Origin: TPA_inf: Saccharomyces
Taxonomy: Eukaryota
Assembly: GCA_000146045.2 (NCBI GenBank)
Contig: BK006949.2
Coordinates: 884,067 to 948,066, forward strand
DNA length: 64,000 nucleotides
Direction: 5' to 3'
Shown: in pieces, positions 9,731-20,900 of the stretch
How positions within the stretch are numbered: position 1 is the stretch's first letter
Layout of the letters: each line of letters opens with the position of its first letter
Notes under the pieces: model-generated
Seen by the model: only the letters and a program-made list of their open reading frames with translations
The model's database searches: none
What the model was told of the DNA's origin: nothing
Made by a program: the position numbers and the translations under genes

Positions 9731-11698
9731 TTATACATTTCCTGGTTTTTTTGCCCTGGATTTTTTTTTTGTGTTACCATTTTGAGTACGAACTCGTGGA
9801 ATTGTTAAGTTTTCCAAGTTGTCCATCGTCTTCGATAACTGTCCCACTAACTCCTCGTTTAGATCATTCTCAAGCTTTAATTCCTTTTTCAAAAAGCCAA
9901 TTTTCTCATTCAATTCTTTTGTAGAGATTTCAGACTTTTCGAATTTCAATTTCAACTCACTTTCTAATCCATTTTGTTTCTCATTAAGTTTGTGTGTCTC
10001 CTCCTCATTTTCCCTTATAGCATCAACGGCTCTTTTGATTTCTTGTTCCATATATTTCTTCTCAGTATCCCTTGATACACTTACCCTTTCTTCTTTCTCG
10101 ATCTCGTCTTGTACATTGTCTGTTTTAACGAAAGCGTCTTTTAACTTTGATAATGTTTCACCTTGGGCCATCAAACTTCCCTTTAAAGTTTCAATGTCTT
10201 TTTCCAGTGTTTCGATTTGGGAAAACTTCAAATTGTTTTCAACTTCTAGTTCATGCGACCTATTTAAGTTTTCATTATTGGTTCGCAATACGGTTTCATA
10301 TTCTTTTATAATTTTCTCATCTTCATTTGAGAAAAATTTCAGATGATCATTTTGCAAATCATCAAGGCAAGAATAATCATCCAGCTCCTGTTTCTGAACG
10401 CAAATATCCATATACACTTCTCCCATTGATTGAATCAGTTTGTGTGTTATGATTCCACTTGATAAGTGGTAATTTACATTCGAGGAGTTGTCAGCTGTAG
10501 TAATACCTGTTAGTTGTGTCATGTCTTGTTTTAAAGGATTTGTATAATAATCGTTCTTTAATCTTTTGGTAGAGTAAAAACTTGGAGTAATATTATCCTC
10601 AATTCCGGCAACAGTTGAAGATGCTGCCTTATTAGCACCATGGCGTCCTCTTTTTTTGGAACAGTTGGAAAAAGCATCCTCTAGTTGATCATCTGACTTT
10701 TTGAAATGTACTTCCGTTAACAAAGACCTTTCTACATCCATGGAAGTATATTGTTTTAAAGGGTAAATATCTGGTAATGGCCACGGTACTGTTGGGTTTT
10801 CCAACCATTCTACTAAATAATGCAGCTTTTGTGAATAAATGGGCCTCAAATCAGGTGGAAGTGTGCCCAGTCGATCTCTTAAAATTACCATAGCTGCGGT
10901 AACGTTCTCCAAGTATTCTCTACTGTTCTTGTCAAATTTTTTACCAAAGAATAACCTACAATGATCAATTGAATTAATGGCCACTAGCCTAACAATTGGA
11001 GCATATCTTTCTAAACCCTTCCTCTCCCTCTTATATTGCAACAAATATTGAATATCTTTTTGACTTGTATCCACTGTAGTATCTAAGCAGATCAGCATGT
11101 CGAATCGAGCCTTGGATTTTATCGGATATTTTGTGAAATTAATTCCTTCAGAAGAAAACAAATGAACTGTACACGAGAAGTCATTTGCCTTTTGTTTTGA
11201 CTTGATAGAATGACCGTCATATCTTTTGATATGCACCTTATTTCCCAATAGTAAGGCTTCCAGTAAGTCCATTGTTCTCCCAGGTCTACAAACAATGGCC
11301 GTTTCAGTTTCATATTCTTGAACAAGATTTATGAGATCTCTCAAAACGCTGAACTTTCCACTATTTTCCGCTAAATGTGCAGGAACATCACGAGTTATTA
11401 ACGATTTAGGCATATAATGATCTATTAGTAGGTATGGATGGGTTGCTACCAGTGAACCATTTAAACACATGGTCTTCATAGATTCGAGAATGACGTCCTC
11501 TTTGTAGTGTGACGTTTCGAAGTATCTCAAGATATCTGAGTAGTGTAATGATACTATTTGATCCGTGAGTTCTTTTTGATAAAGCGACATTGTAGTTGGC
11601 AGCCAATAATCACCGGAAGTATTTCCTGAGATTCCCAGAGTAGTAGCATCAACAATTGTAGGTATTGGTTTCGTGTCTAAAATGCGTAGTAAATCCAT
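9731..11698 (-). CDS. HDA3: HDA3 (YPR179C), subunit of the Hda1 class II histone deacetylase complex, 655 aa
   Basis: ORF-track 659 aa. Starting at MDLLRILDTKPIPTIV gives 655 aa. A C-terminal coiled-coil (heptad-rich LE/KE region) fits Hda3. Confidence 0.85.
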   Translation of the reverse strand: MDLLRILDTKPIPTIVDATTLGISGNTSGDYWLPTTMSLYQKELTDQIVSLHYSDILRYFETSHYKEDVILESMKTMCLNGSLVATHPYLLIDHYMPKSLITRDVPAHLAENSGKFSVLRDLINLVQEYETETAIVCRPGRTMDLLEALLLGNKVHIKRYDGHSIKSKQKANDFSCTVHLFSSEGINFTKYPIKSKARFDMLICLDTTVDTSQKDIQYLLQYKRERKGLERYAPIVRLVAINSIDHCRLFFGKKFDKNSREYLENVTAAMVILRDRLGTLPPDLRPIYSQKLHYLVEWLENPTVPWPLPDIYPLKQYTSMDVERSLLTEVHFKKSDDQLEDAFSNCSKKRGRHGANKAASSTVAGIEDNITPSFYSTKRLKNDYYTNPLKQDMTQLTGITTADNSSNVNYHLSSGIITHKLIQSMGEVYMDICVQKQELDDYSCLDDLQNDHLKFFSNEDEKIIKEYETVLRTNNENLNRSHELEVENNLKFSQIETLEKDIETLKGSLMAQGETLSKLKDAFVKTDNVQDEIEKEERVSVSRDTEKKYMEQEIKRAVDAIRENEEETHKLNEKQNGLESELKLKFEKSEISTKELNEKIGFLKKELKLENDLNEELVGQLSKTMDNLENLTIPRVRTQNGNTKKKSRAKKPGNV

Positions 11699-11894
11699 AC
11701 TAAAGGGCAATTAGTTTGTGCTTCTAACTTTCCTTTTTATCATTTTTATAGTCTAAAGTATTTCTTCTCTCTATTGTCTTTAATTGAAACTTTGGAAAAC
11801 CGCGGTGTTATGGATACTAGAACACTAATGTTATTTTTTGCAGTTATCAATTAAAGTAAAAGAAGAACAAACTGAGTGGATTAAATCAGTAACT

Positions 11895-12938
11895 ATGGAT
11901 ATGAAAGTAGAAAAATTAAGTGAAGATGAAATTGCACTGTATGATAGACAGATTCGTCTATGGGGAATGACAGCACAGGCCAATATGAGATCAGCAAAAG
12001 TATTGCTGATCAATCTTGGAGCAATTGGTTCTGAAATTACCAAAAGTATCGTCCTTAGTGGTATAGGGCATTTAACCATATTGGATGGACACATGGTGAC
12101 TGAAGAAGATTTAGGATCCCAGTTCTTCATAGGCTCTGAAGATGTTGGCCAATGGAAGATTGATGCAACAAAAGAGAGAATTCAAGACTTGAACCCCCGT
12201 ATAGAGTTGAACTTTGATAAGCAGGATTTGCAAGAAAAGGACGAAGAGTTCTTTCAGCAGTTTGATTTAGTCGTGGCTACAGAAATGCAGATTGATGAAG
12301 CAATCAAAATTAACACATTAACTCGAAAACTAAACATTCCATTATATGTTGCTGGTTCTAATGGATTGTTCGCTTATGTTTTTATTGATTTGATTGAATT
12401 CATTTCAGAGGATGAAAAATTGCAAAGTGTAAGACCTACCACCGTTGGTCCCATTTCAAGCAATAGGAGCATTATAGAAGTTACTACTAGAAAAGATGAA
12501 GAAGATGAAAAAAAAACATATGAACGAATCAAGACCAAGAACTGCTATAGGCCACTGAACGAAGTTTTAAGCACAGCAACATTAAAGGAAAAAATGACGC
12601 AAAGACAGTTAAAAAGAGTCACTAGTATCTTGCCGTTAACCCTGTCCTTATTGCAATATGGTCTCAACCAAAAGGGCAAGGCCATAAGCTTTGAACAAAT
12701 GAAAAGAGATGCGGCCGTATGGTGTGAAAATCTGGGTGTACCAGCAACAGTGGTAAAGGACGATTACATACAACAGTTTATCAAACAGAAAGGTATCGAG
12801 TTTGCTCCTGTCGCGGCCATTATAGGGGGTGCTGTAGCGCAGGATGTCATTAACATTCTAGGTAAAAGGCTATCTCCATTAAATAATTTCATTGTTTTTG
12901 ATGGTATTACATTAGACATGCCACTTTTTGAGTTTTAG
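11895..12938 (+). CDS. AOS1: AOS1 (YPR180W), SUMO-activating enzyme E1 subunit (ThiF/MoeB fold), 347 aa
   Basis: True start MDMKVEKLSEDEIALYDRQIRLWGM (ORF-track adds 19 codons upstream). Nucleotide-binding GAIGSEITKSIVLSGIG motif of E1-like enzymes. Confidence 0.88.
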   Translation: MDMKVEKLSEDEIALYDRQIRLWGMTAQANMRSAKVLLINLGAIGSEITKSIVLSGIGHLTILDGHMVTEEDLGSQFFIGSEDVGQWKIDATKERIQDLNPRIELNFDKQDLQEKDEEFFQQFDLVVATEMQIDEAIKINTLTRKLNIPLYVAGSNGLFAYVFIDLIEFISEDEKLQSVRPTTVGPISSNRSIIEVTTRKDEEDEKKTYERIKTKNCYRPLNEVLSTATLKEKMTQRQLKRVTSILPLTLSLLQYGLNQKGKAISFEQMKRDAAVWCENLGVPATVVKDDYIQQFIKQKGIEFAPVAAIIGGAVAQDVINILGKRLSPLNNFIVFDGITLDMPLFEF

Positions 12939-13028
12939 ATATATACATACCTACTATACTGTAGTTTCAGCCAAAAAAAATAATAAAAAAAGCATAATTG
13001 GAGGCAGTAAAGCATTATAGTCATACAC

Positions 13029-13030
<2 letters not shown>

Positions 13031-13068
<38 letters not shown>

Positions 13069-13080
13069 GTAGTAGTAGTA
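13031..13080. repeat. Trinucleotide microsatellite (TAA)12 followed by (GTA)~5 in the AOS1-SEC23 convergent intergenic region
   Basis: Directly visible: taataataataataataataataataataataataatagtagtagtagta. Confidence 0.95.
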
Positions 13081-13294
13081 ATGGTAATAAAAAAGTTAGA
13101 AAAGAAATTAGATACAGATATTCGTAGTAAAGGCCACGCAGTACAAAAAAGACGGAGAATATATTATATAAAATCCTCTACTCTTTTCGTTCAGGTCCAA
13201 AGGAAAATTCTTGCACGCGCAATGGACTGAACAGGCCTTATATTATACAAAAAGCCTAATAACGATCAAATAAAACAAAAGAAAGCCGTTGCTC

Positions 13295-15601
13295 CTATGC
13301 CTGACCAGAGACGGCTACTTGTTGTAAGTGAGTCATGAAATTTTGTAAGGAAACATCATCTGTTAAGACAATTGTAGATCCTCCGCGCGCCATGTCTTGA
13401 TAGTTATCGGAAGGATTCAATTTAGATAACAAGAATCTGGCTTGAGAACCACCGGCTTCAGTATCAATGAATCTTGGTAGCGGGAACCTATCTACTAACA
13501 ATTCTGCGGCTTCTAATTTTGGCTCTTCAAGAAGAGCTTTGAAATCTGCGTACTGTGGATCGTCTTGGTAACCGGCTTTTCTCCATTGAGCGATTTGCTC
13601 ACCGTGGTATATTAAGATGAAGAAAAATGTATCTAATAATAGAATGGTATTGGGTTTGACGGAGATAGAGTCTAATAATACCGGTTGTGGATCGTCCTCC
13701 ATTGAGAAAGAAGTTAGAGTTGGTTGAATCATGATTAAAGAATTAGTCGTATCCTCTCTTGTGAAAATATGTCTATAAAATGCAGTTTCATCCGGAGAAT
13801 TGTTAAAGACACTTAAGAATTGGGATCTTCTTAAATAATAGGTAAATTGAGGATACAGTGAGAAATTTGGAGCCAACCTGAAAGATTGAGGATCATCTTT
13901 ATTATAGTCGGCGTACTTTTGACATAGCTTAATCAAAGTTCTGTCTAACCATCTAATAACATCTGCACCATCATCGGTTTCAGCCTTGTGAACAGCAATA
14001 CGAGCCATCAAAACGGCAGCAGCTTCTTGATCGAAAGAAGCTGCAATGGCAGGAGTACCGAAGGGCAAAAGCTGGTTTGCGACCGTGGTGACTCTGATAC
14101 GGTTGGTACCAGAGGAGTGTTGATAAGTAGTGATGAATTGAGTATATGCTAGATGAGGTCTATCTGCTGAACCAGGGGCAGACATCATTGGGTTAGAATT
14201 AGCCGCAGTGTTTGCAATTTCAAAGAAAATCGCATACGAGTGATAAGGCGATAAGGAAGCCATCTTCCAGGTGGACGTTGCACCTATACCGATTTCAGAT
14301 TCACTGATGTTGTTAGCGTCTGTCTTCTTTACAGCAGAAGCATGCCCAATCAAACCTTGTACCTTCAAGTCTTTACTTGTCTTGACTGCCATATTACCAT
14401 TGAAAGCCATCTTCAAATACCCTTCTTCATCCTTGGCAAACAATCTCAAGTATGATTGCTTAAAAATCGCGGTAGAGAAGGCATCGGTTAGCAACAACAC
14501 ACCTCCAGTAGAGTCGGTCAACTGTTTCATTTCAGACATACCGATTTGATCGTAACAACCGGCAAAAATATCAACAGTGTGTCCATTGGCGGCAACTCTT
14601 TGTGCAATCTGGTTGTAAAACTTACAGGCCTTCTTGTAATGTTGCGCGTGATCAGAATCGATGTCGTGGTGGGATCTTAAGGGATCTTTTAACTCTGAGT
14701 TAACAATCAAACCTGGGGCCACGGTGCCTGGACCGGAGGCGAAAAGAATGATTCTTGCTGGGATGTTCTTATAGCAGCCCTGTAAAAGCAAAGATGCAAT
14801 GTTCAAAGCGGAACCTGTGGCCCTTAATGGCCTATGACCCGCTGGAACAGACCATTGGTCTGGAGACAGATTTTCCAGTAATTGATTCAGTTTGAACTCG
14901 ACCTGTTCCAAGGGCAGGAAGAACCTATTCAAAGAGAAGGGCGTAACTTTGTTCATGGCGTTCGGTAGATGAGATGCAGCACCGCCGGGGCCGGTAGGCT
15001 TTTGGCCGGTCAACATTTCCGTCAACGCTTCGAGCTGGTACTCCCTGTCTCCTCTGAACACGTTGCACCTGTCAATAGTTTCGCTGGACAGATCGTGCAA
15101 TTGAACAACGTTTCCGTAAGTGATCAACCCAATCAGCGCGTTGGGAGGTAATAGAGACAAAGAAGTGATGATAGACTCCTTTAGCGAATCGAGGTTCTCG
15201 GTTTCCGAAGTCAAATCCACAACAAAGAAGAAAATGGGAGGAACGGTAACGGGCTTATTGGTGATGTACTCAATGGTGGTGGACTGTAACTCTAGCGGCA
15301 TATTCTCCTGTGACAAGTTGGTGTACTGTGGAGGTAAATGGTTCCTGGAGTTACAGATGGGACAACTCCAGGACGAATTGCGCGGATCAATCACACAGTA
15401 AGGATTTAGAATCGACTTACAGTGTGGACCGGAACACACAACTGGATTGTATGGGGCAACGTTCAATTCGTCATACTCCTTCAAAGGTGTGTACAAACAG
15501 CCCACAGGGACGACGTTGCTGTTAGCGTCGCTTCTAGTAGAGGGAAACACGTTCCAGGTGAAACGGACCCCGTTGATGTCTTCATTAGTCTCGAAGTCCA
15601 T
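13295..15601 (-). CDS. SEC23: SEC23 (YPR181C), COPII coat GTPase-activating subunit, 768 aa
   Basis: N-terminus [27 protein letters not shown] (ORF-track adds 15 codons). Zn-finger cysteines CSGPHC…CPIC, trunk/beta-barrel/helical/gelsolin layout, 768 aa. Confidence 0.92.
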
Positions 15602-16127
15602 GGCTAGAAAAGAGGAAGGGGAGGCAGGCGACAGACAGATAAACACTGGCTTCAGTTAATTGTGTGTCTTGCTGAACGTGGAAAGATCACAACAAGTATC
15701 TTTTTTTCTTTTTTCAAACGTGTTTTTCTTTTATTCTTGCTAGAACTTTCCTCCTTTGTAACAAACGAGAGGCGGCGGGCTAGTCGTCGCAAGCGACAAA
15801 TCTCAACTGACAGTAAATAACGGTGATAAAACAAAATTAGCGCAATCTCTCAAACTACTGAGGACAACCAACTTGAATTGCACTCTTCCAAGTTGTAGCA
15901 TGGCTTGGGGGGTGTGTGATCCCATCCTGTATTATGGCAAAGCAGGCAAAACAACCGCTCTGCCGTCCGGGTAACTTTTCTTGTTCCACCTCTTTTCCCC
16001 AACATATATGAACATGAGATGGTAAGAGCAAGAAACAACGGTTCTATGAGCAACGCAAAAACAGCACAGCACACACAGCACCGCGTACTATACCACACCA
16101 CACACTACGTCACAACACAACAAGACA

Positions 16128-16388
16128 ATGAGCGAGAGCAGTGATATCAGCGCGATGCAGCCGGTGAACCCGAAGCCGTTCCTCAAAGGCCTGGTCAACC
16201 ATCGTGTAGGCGTCAAGCTTAAGTTCAACAGCACCGAATATAGAGGTACGCTCGTGTCCACGGACAACTACTTTAACCTGCAGCTGAACGAAGCAGAAGA
16301 GTTTGTTGCGGGTGTCTCGCACGGCACCCTGGGCGAGATATTCATCCGCTGCAATAACGTGCTGTACATCAGGGAGCTGCCGAACTAA
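16128..16388 (+). CDS. SMX3: SMX3 (YPR182W), Sm F core snRNP protein, 86 aa
   Basis: 86-aa ORF with Sm1/Sm2 motifs ([27 protein letters not shown] … [11 protein letters not shown]). A CA-rich leader lies upstream. Confidence 0.9.
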   Translation: MSESSDISAMQPVNPKPFLKGLVNHRVGVKLKFNSTEYRGTLVSTDNYFNLQLNEAEEFVAGVSHGTLGEIFIRCNNVLYIRELPN

Positions 16389-16688
16389 GACGACTGTGCT
16401 CATCTCCCTTACATACCAGTATATTTACATACGCCCTCTACTGTAATACAATATCATTCTATAGCACTCGCATCGCGTATTTTTTTTTTATTTTCTTGCT
16501 TTATATTGTTCTATTTTTCTTCCTTATTCCTGCCTCTGGATTTCCCTCGCATGACAAATAGCGTGGAAAAATAAAGGATTTCCAGTATTTGAAAAATTTT
16601 CAGTATTCTTACGTGTTCCTAACTCATATAGACCGCTATTGTAATAACGCTATCGCTTCAATTACACACAAACATACACGCACCCACA

Positions 16689-17492
16689 ATGAGCATCGAA
16701 TACTCTGTTATCGTTCCCGCTTACCATGAAAAGCTGAACATCAAACCCTTAACAACCAGATTGTTTGCCGGCATGAGCCCTGAAATGGCCAAGAAGACCG
16801 AGTTGATCTTTGTCGATGACAACTCACAGGATGGCTCCGTTGAGGAGGTGGACGCCCTAGCTCACCAAGGCTACAACGTCCGCATCATCGTCAGGACAAA
16901 TGAACGTGGTCTATCCTCCGCCGTGCTTAAGGGTTTCTACGAGGCCAAGGGTCAGTACCTGGTATGCATGGACGCAGACCTACAACACCCTCCAGAGACC
17001 GTGCCCAAGTTGTTCGAGTCTTTGCACGATCACGCCTTTACTCTGGGCACCAGATATGCCCCAGGTGTCGGCATTGACAAGGACTGGCCTATGTACAGAC
17101 GCGTCATTTCCTCCACTGCTAGAATGATGGCCAGACCTTTGACCATCGCCTCCGACCCCATGAGCGGGTTCTTCGGTCTACAAAAGAAGTACCTCGAAAA
17201 CTGCAACCCTAGGGACATCAACTCGCAAGGTTTCAAGATTGCCCTCGAGCTTCTCGCCAAGCTTCCTCTTCCAAGAGACCCTAGAGTGGCGATCGGCGAA
17301 GTGCCATTCACTTTCGGCGTGAGAACGGAAGGTGAATCCAAACTGTCAGGTAAAGTCATTATCCAATACTTGCAACAACTTAAGGAGCTCTACGTCTTCA
17401 AGTTTGGCGCCAATAACCTTATCCTTTTCATTACTTTCTGGTCCATTCTGTTCTTCTACGTTTGCTACCAGCTATACCATTTGGTCTTTTAA
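16689..17492 (+). CDS. DPM1: DPM1 (YPR183W), dolichol-phosphate mannose synthase (GT2 family), 267 aa
   Basis: N-terminus MSIEYSVIVPAYHEKLNI. GT2 motifs (DDNSQDGS, DADLQH) and a C-terminal hydrophobic membrane anchor. Confidence 0.92.
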   Translation: MSIEYSVIVPAYHEKLNIKPLTTRLFAGMSPEMAKKTELIFVDDNSQDGSVEEVDALAHQGYNVRIIVRTNERGLSSAVLKGFYEAKGQYLVCMDADLQHPPETVPKLFESLHDHAFTLGTRYAPGVGIDKDWPMYRRVISSTARMMARPLTIASDPMSGFFGLQKKYLENCNPRDINSQGFKIALELLAKLPLPRDPRVAIGEVPFTFGVRTEGESKLSGKVIIQYLQQLKELYVFKFGANNLILFITFWSILFFYVCYQLYHLVF

Positions 17493-17977
17493 AGGAAGTG
17501 AATGGTAACGAAAAAAAAAAATCTTTCTTTATATGTCTCTTTAAGTACTCCCTTTCAGTTATATGCCTTTTATTGTCTGTCCCTATTCTAATCCTCTACT
17601 CGGGCCATCATTGTTAACGTAATATTTGCCCTAGGGTAAAAACATTAGGTTGATTAGGCCATAACTCATTCTGCCCCACCCCCACACATAGGGTTCAGGA
17701 ACTTGGTTTTCAACCCTACTGCATTGTTTCCCACGCGGCGCTACCAAAATATATCCAATTTTCTTTTTTGTCACAACAGCAGCAACCCCTTGAAATGGCC
17801 AATTCTTCTCGAGACTTTGCTCCCTTAATCTTTTCTTCCCCCCCGGTTTCTTGATGATTATATATACTAACCTCGTATATTACACACTGTACTTGAAGTC
17901 ACTCATATCCGAATACTACTTCTCTTAACTTCCAGTCAACCCGACACCCACAATCGTCCTTAGTATATAACTGCTTT

Positions 17978-20900
17978 ATGAATAGATCATTACTGCTACG
18001 TTTGTCGGATACCGGTGAACCCATTACAAGCTGCTCTTACGGAAAAGGTGTCTTGACGCTACCACCAATTCCGCTCCCTAAGGACGCCCCAAAGGACCAA
18101 CCGCTCTATACGGTCAAGCTACTGGTATCTGCAGGTTCCCCTGTCGCTAGGGATGGGCTAGTTTGGACTAATTGCCCACCAGATCACAACACGCCCTTCA
18201 AGAGGGACAAATTTTACAAAAAAATCATTCATTCCAGCTTTCACGAGGATGACTGCATTGACCTGAATGTCTACGCTCCAGGCTCGTACTGCTTTTATCT
18301 ATCTTTCAGGAACGATAACGAAAAACTTGAGACAACAAGGAAATACTACTTTGTTGCCTTGCCCATGCTTTATATAAACGATCAGTTCCTACCTTTGAAT
18401 TCCATCGCTTTACAAAGTGTTGTATCGAAATGGCTGGGCTCTGACTGGGAGCCCATCCTATCGAAAATTGCCGCTAAAAACTACAATATGGTACATTTCA
18501 CCCCTCTACAGGAAAGAGGCGAGTCTAACTCGCCTTACTCTATATACGACCAATTGCAGTTCGACCAGGAACACTTTAAGTCTCCTGAAGACGTGAAAAA
18601 TTTAGTTGAGCATATACATCGCGATTTAAACATGCTTTCATTAACAGATATTGTTTTTAACCACACAGCTAATAATTCTCCTTGGTTAGTTGAGCACCCG
18701 GAGGCTGGGTATAACCACATCACTGCGCCACATCTAATCAGCGCCATAGAGCTCGACCAAGAATTGCTCAATTTTAGTAGGAATTTGAAATCCTGGGGCT
18801 ATCCTACCGAACTGAAAAATATAGAAGATCTCTTCAAGATCATGGACGGTATTAAAGTGCATGTTTTAGGGTCGTTGAAACTGTGGGAATATTATGCGGT
18901 AAACGTGCAAACAGCTCTTCGGGATATCAAAGCCCATTGGAATGACGAATCTAACGAAAGTTACAGTTTTCCCGAGAATATTAAAGACATCTCGTCCGAT
19001 TTCGTAAAACTAGCTTCCTTTGTGAAGGACAACGTCACTGAGCCTAACTTCGGCACTCTTGGTGAAAGAAACTCAAACAGGATTAACGTGCCAAAATTTA
19101 TTCAACTACTGAAGCTCATTAACGATGGTGGTAGTGATGACAGTGAATCTTCGTTGGCCACGGCTCAAAACATCTTGAACGAGGTCAACTTACCCTTATA
19201 TAGAGAATACGACGATGATGTCAGTGAGATACTCGAGCAACTGTTCAATCGTATCAAATATTTGAGATTAGATGACGGTGGGCCCAAGCAAGGTCCAGTG
19301 ACCGTTGACGTGCCCTTAACAGAGCCTTATTTTACGAGGTTCAAAGGAAAAGATGGTACTGATTATGCCCTCGCCAACAATGGCTGGATATGGAATGGTA
19401 ACCCACTAGTGGATTTTGCATCGCAGAATTCAAGAGCTTATTTACGTAGAGAAGTTATCGTGTGGGGGGACTGTGTCAAGTTAAGATACGGTAAAAGCCC
19501 TGAAGACTCTCCGTATCTGTGGGAAAGAATGTCCAAGTATATAGAAATGAACGCCAAGATATTTGACGGGTTCAGAATTGACAACTGCCATTCTACTCCA
19601 ATACATGTTGGCGAATATTTCCTAGATTTGGCAAGAAAATACAACCCGAACCTATATGTCGTTGCAGAGCTGTTTTCTGGTTCCGAAACACTAGATTGTC
19701 TGTTTGTTGAACGGTTGGGTATCTCCTCTTTAATCAGAGAGGCAATGCAAGCCTGGTCCGAAGAAGAGTTGTCTAGATTAGTCCATAAGCATGGCGGGAG
19801 GCCCATTGGCTCCTATAAGTTTGTTCCTATGGATGACTTCTCATATCCTGCGGATATTAATTTAAACGAGGAGCATTGTTTCAACGACTCCAACGATAAC
19901 TCCATAAGATGTGTATCAGAGATCATGATTCCAAAGATTTTAACCGCCACTCCGCCACACGCTTTATTCATGGACTGTACCCATGATAATGAAACTCCCT
20001 TTGAAAAAAGAACAGTGGAGGATACTTTGCCCAATGCTGCATTGGTGGCTCTTTGCTCGTCCGCCATTGGATCTGTTTATGGCTACGACGAAATTTTTCC
20101 ACATTTACTGAATTTGGTCACTGAAAAAAGACATTATGACATTTCTACGCCTACTGGTAGCCCCTCGATAGGAATAACCAAAGTCAAGGCCACTTTGAAT
20201 TCGATTAGAACGAGTATAGGAGAAAAGGCGTATGACATTGAAGACTCAGAAATGCATGTGCATCACCAGGGCCAGTACATTACTTTTCATCGTATGGATG
20301 TTAAATCCGGAAAAGGTTGGTACTTGATAGCAAGGATGAAATTTTCTGACAATGATGACCCTAACGAGACTTTACCACCAGTGGTGTTAAACCAATCCAC
20401 CTGTTCTCTCAGGTTTTCGTATGCTTTGGAAAGAGTTGGCGATGAAATTCCCAACGACGATAAATTCATTAAAGGTATTCCCACGAAATTAAAGGAGCTT
20501 GAAGGGTTTGACATTTCTTATGATGATTCTAAGAAGATTTCAACGATAAAACTGCCCAATGAATTCCCTCAAGGATCTATTGCCATTTTTGAGACCCAAC
20601 AGAATGGTGTGGACGAATCCTTAGATCATTTTATAAGGTCAGGTGCTTTAAAGGCCACTTCAAGTTTGACTCTAGAGTCAATAAATTCCGTCTTGTATCG
20701 TAGTGAGCCGGAAGAATACGATGTTAGCGCCGGCGAAGGTGGTGCTTATATTATTCCTAATTTTGGAAAGCCTGTGTATTGTGGTCTGCAAGGTTGGGTT
20801 TCCGTATTAAGAAAAATTGTGTTTTACAATGATTTAGCACATCCCCTCAGTGCAAATTTAAGAAATGGACATTGGGCTTTAGACTACACTATCAGTAGAC

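Noticed and set aside
17500-17977. Looked for STRE (CCCCT/AGGGG) elements in the GDB1 promoter
   Set aside because: I saw no exact CCCCT/AGGGG in this interval on inspection. A proper motif scan is needed.
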